A stretch of DNA of 64,000 nucleotides, from contig CAXXDN010000002.1 of NCBI GenBank assembly GCA_963667465.2, positions 1,216,001 through 1,280,000 on the forward strand. Direction: 5' to 3'. The translations under genes were made by a program, and so were the position numbers. The stretch comes from Dehalococcoidia bacterium. Lineage in GTDB: Bacteria; Chloroflexota; Dehalococcoidia; UBA2979. Below, piece after piece: positions 59,348 to 64,000 of the stretch. The notes beneath the pieces are model-generated. The model was not told the origin of the DNA, did not search any database, and saw only the letters and a program-made list of their open reading frames with translations. The first letter of the stretch is position 1. Each line of letters starts with the position of its first letter.

Positions 59348-60816
59348 GCGGCAGCCTGCACGATCTGCGCGATCGGCTCGATGCCGAGCTCAACCACGTC
59401 GGTAAGCAGTCGCGGATAGACGCCGACGCCGATGATGAAGACCAGCATCGCGGCCATCGCGGCGAGCTCGTACCACTCGGTCGCGTCGCCGAGGCCGGAC
59501 CAGCGCTCGTCGGCGGGGCCGGTGAAGACGCGCTGCACGGCCCAGAGGATGTAGCCGGCGGCGAGCACAACCCCGAAGACGGAGATGATCGTCGCCGCCG
59601 GGTGCACCTGCAGCGTTCCGGCGAAGACCGCGAACTCGGCGACGAAGCCGCTCAGCGCGGGCAGGCCGAGCGCGGCGAAGCCCGCGATGATCGCGACGAG
59701 GCCGAGCAGCGGCATCTGGTGCAGCAGCCCGCTCATGTCGGAGATCTGCCGCGTGTGCGTGCGGTCGTACATCACGCCGACGACGATGAAGAGCAGACCC
59801 GTGATGACGCCGTGCGAGAACATCTGCAGCGCCGCGCCGGAGAGGCCGGCCGCCCCCATCGCGGAGACGCCGAGCAGCACGTAGCCCATATGCGAGACCG
59901 AAGAGTAGGCGACGAGCCGTTTGAGATCGCGCTGCTGCAGCGTCAGCACAGCGCCGTAGATCACGGAGAAGGCGGCGATCGCCGCGAGGATTACGCGGAA
60001 GTCCTGCGCCTCGCCGGGCAGGATCGGCAGCACGATGCGCAGGATGCCGTAGCCGCCCATCTTCAGCAGCACGCCGGCCAGCATCACCGAGACCGCCGTC
60101 GGCGCGTCCGTGTGGGCGTCGGGCAGCCAGGTATGCACGGGGAAGACCGGCAGCTTGATGAGGAAGGCGACGATGATCAACCAGAACACGACGCTGAGCG
60201 GCACCAGCGCCTCGGTCGGCGGGTTGGCGGTGAGCACGGCGATGTCGAACGTCCCGGCCTGGAGACCAAGCACGAGGAAGCCGGCGAGCATCAGCGCGGA
60301 GCCGGCCATCGTGAACAGCAGGAACTTCATCGCGCTGTAGCGCGGCCGCCCGCTGCCCCAGATGCTGATCAGCATGTACATCGGGAGCAGCTCCAGCTCC
60401 CAGAAGAAGAAGAACTGGATCAGGTCGAGCGAGGTGAAGACCCCCGCGACGGCGGTCTCCAGCACCAGCAGCCAGGCGAAGTACTCCTTGACCCGCTTGT
60501 CGACGCGCCAGGAGACCAGCACCGAGGCCAGCCCGAGCAGCCCCGTGAGCAGCACCAGCGGCGCCGAGAGGCCGTCCACGCCGAGCACGTATTGCACCGC
60601 GAATCCGGTGTCGCTCCCGCGGATCCACTCGAATTGGTCGACCAGCTGGTAGCCCTCGGCGGCGTGGTCGAGGCGGGCGAAGATCACGATGCCGACGATG
60701 AAGGTGATCGTGCTGAAGAAGAGCGCGATCCAGCGCGCGTCGGCCCGGCGGTGCCGCGGCAGCGTCGCGATCAGCAGGGCCCCGACGGCCGGCAGGAAGA
60801 CGAAGACCGACAGCAT
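59344..60816 (-). CDS. nuoM: NADH-quinone oxidoreductase subunit M
   Basis: FWELELLP, HTWLPDAH, LLKMGGYG, AYSSVSHMG. Confidence 0.95.
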   Translation of the reverse strand: MLSVFVFLPAVGALLIATLPRHRRADARWIALFFSTITFIVGIVIFARLDHAAEGYQLVDQFEWIRGSDTGFAVQYVLGVDGLSAPLVLLTGLLGLASVLVSWRVDKRVKEYFAWLLVLETAVAGVFTSLDLIQFFFFWELELLPMYMLISIWGSGRPRYSAMKFLLFTMAGSALMLAGFLVLGLQAGTFDIAVLTANPPTEALVPLSVVFWLIIVAFLIKLPVFPVHTWLPDAHTDAPTAVSVMLAGVLLKMGGYGILRIVLPILPGEAQDFRVILAAIAAFSVIYGAVLTLQQRDLKRLVAYSSVSHMGYVLLGVSAMGAAGLSGAALQMFSHGVITGLLFIVVGVMYDRTHTRQISDMSGLLHQMPLLGLVAIIAGFAALGLPALSGFVAEFAVFAGTLQVHPAATIISVFGVVLAAGYILWAVQRVFTGPADERWSGLGDATEWYELAAMAAMLVFIIGVGVYPRLLTDVVELGIEPIAQIVQAAA

Positions 60817-62771
60817 CAGCGACCCACCACGTCAGTGCCGAACACCGCGACCACGACGACCGCGATCACGATGCCGATGAAGAAGAGCGAGGTGTAGGCC
60901 TGCACGTAGCCGGCCTCGGCGCGGCGCAGCCCGTCGCCGGCGAGCCGCGTCGCCGTGCCGATCCCGTTCACGATCGCGTCCACGACGTAGCGGTCGAAGA
61001 GGTCGGCGCTGCGCTGCAGACCGGCGTTGAGGATCCAGCGCACGACCACCGTCTCCGCGAGGAAGTCGAGGTAGTACTTCCGCTCCACGATGCCCGGCAG
61101 CGGCCCGAGGCGTGCGGCAACAGCCTCCGGGGCCGGATTGCGGTAGAGGTAGACCGCGGCGGCGGCCCCGATCCCGGCGAGCGCAGCAACGAGCGAGGCC
61201 GCGACGACGATACCCTCGATGCTGGGCTTGCCGTGGCGCAGCTCGGCGGGGAGCGAGCCCTCGATCAGGTGCGTGAAGCCGCTGCCGAGGGCGAACAGCC
61301 CGGCGAAGATGGCAGGCACCGCGAGGATGATCAGCGGGAACGCCATCGAGGGCGGCGACTCGTGCGGGACGGACGAGAAGTCCTCGTGGCCGGCCTCGGG
61401 TTCCTCGCCGCCGCGGTACTCGCCCCAGAAGGTCATGAAGATCGCGCGGAACATGTAGAGCGCAGTCATGAAGGCGACGGCGACGCCGATCACGAAGAGC
61501 AGCTTGTCGTACTTCCAGGCGTCGAGCAGGATCTCGTCCTTGCTCCAGAACCCCGCGAGGGGGAAGACACCGGACAGCGAGAGCGCGCCGATCACGAACG
61601 TCGCGTAGGTGACGGGCATGTACGAGCGCAGCCCGCCCATGCGGCGCATGTCGAAGGTGTGCGTCGCGTGGTTGACAGACCCTGACCCGAGGAAGAGCAG
61701 CGCCTTGAAGAACGCGTGCGTGAAGAGGTGGAAGATCGCCGCCACGTAGCCGAGCACGCCCAGCGCCAGCACCATGTAGCCGATCTGCGAGATCGTCGAG
61801 TAGGCAAGCACGCGCTTGATGTCCGTCTGCACCAGCCCGAGCACCGCCGCCAGCAGCGCCGTGAAGCCGCCCACGTAGGCCACGAGGTCCAGCACCTCGG
61901 CGGGTGCGGCCTCGAAGCTCGGGAACATGCGCGCGATCAGGTAGACGCCGGCAACGACCATCGTCGCCGCGTGAATCAGCGCGGAGACGGGCGTCGGGCC
62001 CTCCATCGCGTCCGGCAGCCAGATGTGCAGCGGGAACTGCGCGGACTTGCCGATTGCTCCGGAGAGCAGGCCGATGGTGAAGCCGACCAGCACCGACGAG
62101 GACAGCGCGCCGGCAAGCGCCAGCTCGTTGATCTCGTGGATGTCGAAGGTGCCGGTCTTGCCGAAGATCAGCAGCACCGCCAGCAGGAAGGCGAAGTCGC
62201 CGAAGCGCGTGACGATGAACGCCTTCTTTGCGGCCGCCGCCGCCGCGGGCCGGTGGAACCAGAAGCCAATCAGCAGGTACGAGGCGAGCCCGACCAGCTC
62301 CCAGTGCACGAACAGCTGGAGCAGGCTGGAGGCGAGCACGAGTCCCAGCATCGCCGCCGTGAACAGCGACATGAAGGCGAAGTAGCGCGCGTACCCGCTG
62401 TCGCCGTGCATGTAGCCGACCGAGTAGATCTGGACGAGCAACGAGACGCTGGTGACGACCACGGCCATGATCGCCGAGAGGCCGTCGATCCTCACACCCA
62501 TCTCGATGTGCAGGTCGAACAGGTTCAGCCAGAGGTGTGGCTGGAAGCCGAGCGCCTCGCCGTCCGCGCCGATCGAGCTGTCGAGCGTCCACAGCGCTGC
62601 GAGGAAGGCGATGCCGATCGCGGCGATGGTGAGCCGCCCCGCCCACGCGTCGCGGAACGGGAAGCCGAACAGCCGCCGCGCGATCAGCCCGGCGGTGATC
62701 AGCAGCGTCGAGGCGACCGGGGCGAAGTAGATCGCCCAGACGACGGATTCGGGGACTTGACCGAGCAGCAT
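60816..62771 (-). CDS. nuoL: NADH-quinone oxidoreductase subunit L
   Basis: KSAQFPLHIWLPDAMEGPTPVSALIHAATMV. Confidence 0.96.
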   Translation of the reverse strand: MLLGQVPESVVWAIYFAPVASTLLITAGLIARRLFGFPFRDAWAGRLTIAAIGIAFLAALWTLDSSIGADGEALGFQPHLWLNLFDLHIEMGVRIDGLSAIMAVVVTSVSLLVQIYSVGYMHGDSGYARYFAFMSLFTAAMLGLVLASSLLQLFVHWELVGLASYLLIGFWFHRPAAAAAAKKAFIVTRFGDFAFLLAVLLIFGKTGTFDIHEINELALAGALSSSVLVGFTIGLLSGAIGKSAQFPLHIWLPDAMEGPTPVSALIHAATMVVAGVYLIARMFPSFEAAPAEVLDLVAYVGGFTALLAAVLGLVQTDIKRVLAYSTISQIGYMVLALGVLGYVAAIFHLFTHAFFKALLFLGSGSVNHATHTFDMRRMGGLRSYMPVTYATFVIGALSLSGVFPLAGFWSKDEILLDAWKYDKLLFVIGVAVAFMTALYMFRAIFMTFWGEYRGGEEPEAGHEDFSSVPHESPPSMAFPLIILAVPAIFAGLFALGSGFTHLIEGSLPAELRHGKPSIEGIVVAASLVAALAGIGAAAAVYLYRNPAPEAVAARLGPLPGIVERKYYLDFLAETVVVRWILNAGLQRSADLFDRYVVDAIVNGIGTATRLAGDGLRRAEAGYVQAYTSLFFIGIVIAVVVVAVFGTDVVGR

Positions 62772-62817
62772 CAGGCCTCGCCAGCGTCCCTTCTGGTTCC
62801 GCGTGTACGCATCGCCG

Positions 62818-63006
62818 CTAGATCTTGTTCAGCACTTCGCGGGCGACGTGGGTCTTGCCGTCGGGCGCCCAGATCTCGCGCGGCGCGGACATCGGACCGA
62901 CCTCGAGGGGCGGCACGATGCGTACGGAGACGGCTTCCGTGTTGAACAGCTCCCACCACATCGCGGCGGCGTAGCCGTCGGGCGCGTCCATGAACTTGAC
63001 CCACAT
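62818..63006 (-). CDS. Small DUF2007-like protein inside the nuo operon
   Basis: MWVKFMDAPDGYAAAMWWELFNTEAV...EIWAP..AREVL; GGGGG RBS. Confidence 0.65.
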   Translation of the reverse strand: MWVKFMDAPDGYAAAMWWELFNTEAVSVRIVPPLEVGPMSAPREIWAPDGKTHVAREVLNKI

Positions 63007-63016
63007 CCGCGCCCCC

Positions 63017-63343
63017 CTACCAGCGCATCAGGTTGATGCGATCGAGGTCGACCGTCTCGCGTCGTCGATAGATCAGCACCGCCATCGCCAGCGCGACGGC
63101 CGCCTCGGCTGCCGCGACGGTGAGTACGAAGACGACGAAGACGTGGCCCGCCAGCGGCGCGTCGGCGGAGTCGAACGCGCCGCCGAAGCGCGAGAAGGCG
63201 AGGAAGGTGAGGTTGACGCCGTTGAGCATCAGCTCGACGCCCATGAGGACCGCGATCGCGTTGCGCTTGGAGAGCGCGATCGCGATGCCCGCGCCGAAGA
63301 TCATCGCGCCGACGGTCAGGTAGTGGGCCAGCTCGACGCTCAT
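63017..63343 (-). CDS. nuoK: NADH-quinone oxidoreductase subunit K
   Basis: KRNAIAVLMGVELMLNG, VAAAEAAVALA. Confidence 0.95.
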   Translation of the reverse strand: MSVELAHYLTVGAMIFGAGIAIALSKRNAIAVLMGVELMLNGVNLTFLAFSRFGGAFDSADAPLAGHVFVVFVLTVAAAEAAVALAMAVLIYRRRETVDLDRINLMRW

Positions 63344-63855
63344 GCCGGCTCGTCCTCCCGGACCAGCACGATCGCACCGATCAGCGCGGCGAGCAGCAGC
63401 ACCGAGGCGACCTCGAAGGCGAGCACGTAGCGCCCCAGCAGCGCGTCGCCGATCGCGTCGGCAGTGGTCTCGAACGACTGGCCGGCGAGCGCGGCAGCGC
63501 CGGCTGCGCCCCATTCGGCATCGATCGCGACGATCGCGACGAGCACCGCGAAGGCGCCCCCGAGCAGCACGCCGGGCACGACGTAGAGCGAGTTGCCGTT
63601 GTCGCGCCCCGCGAGCGGGGTGAGCATCACGGCGAAGACCATCAGCACGGGAATCGCGCCCGCGTAGATCAGCACCTGCGCGGCGGCGATGAAGTCCGCG
63701 GAGAGCGTTACGAACAGCCCGGCGGTGGCGACGAAGGAGAGCACGAGGAGCACCACGGCATGGATCAGGTTCCTCGCGAGGAAGACGCCGACGGCGGAGC
63801 CGACCGCGATCGCGGAGAGCAGCCAGAAGGCGACGATGATGCCGGCGGAGTCCAT
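63340..63855 (-). CDS. nuoJ: NADH-quinone oxidoreductase subunit J
   Basis: AAAQVLIYAGAI, FEVASVLLLAALIGAI. Confidence 0.95.
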   Translation of the reverse strand: MDSAGIIVAFWLLSAIAVGSAVGVFLARNLIHAVVLLVLSFVATAGLFVTLSADFIAAAQVLIYAGAIPVLMVFAVMLTPLAGRDNGNSLYVVPGVLLGGAFAVLVAIVAIDAEWGAAGAAALAGQSFETTADAIGDALLGRYVLAFEVASVLLLAALIGAIVLVREDEPA

Positions 63856-64000
63856 CAGGCCTGCGTCCCCAGTTCCGATGCGCCAAGCCGCCGCGCGGCC
63901 TGCAGCCCGCCGACACCCCGGGTGAGGATCGGCTGCCGCACCGCCTCGCGCTCGGGGCGGTAGCCCATGCGGCGCGCCCACTCACGTACGAGGATGATCG
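63855..64000 (-). CDS. C-terminal end of upstream nuo gene (possibly NuoH), partial
   Basis: Open frame IILVREWARRMGY...GTQA* with TGATG overlap to nuoJ. Confidence 0.4.
   Translation of the reverse strand, partial: IILVREWARRMGYRPEREAVRQPILTRGVGGLQAARRLGASELGTQA

Overview
High-GC (roughly 70%, by eye) bacterial chromosome segment, most consistent with Chloroflexota/Dehalococcoidia (GAAC-N4-GTTC SOS box at recA, Tat-lipoprotein family-5 SBPs, GuaB3); this taxonomy is inferred. Mostly housekeeping genes: pyrK/pyrD, mrp, yggS-proC-yggT, recA-recX-rny-ymdB, relA, hisS, prfA-prmC, guaB3, metG, tatD, recO, recR-dnaX, ybeY, nuoJ-N and three tRNAs, with small accessory insertions between them. Best finding: an intact IS110 element (56107-57598) whose ends, CT core, empty target (a REP-like hairpin), circle-junction promoter and all four bridge-RNA guide segments can be read from the sequence. 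Also notable: an unassigned terminator-containing leader (riboswitch candidate) upstream of guaB3; a hidden, interrupted Cys-rich halocin-C8-like peptide frame coupled to a membrane gene; a 6S-like structured RNA candidate; a decayed tRNA-Arg island carrying a giant Calx-beta surface protein; a Type IIG-like RM gene next to an orphan antitoxin; a 2236-bp tandem SBP duplication; and repeated leaderless-type promoters. No CRISPR array seen.
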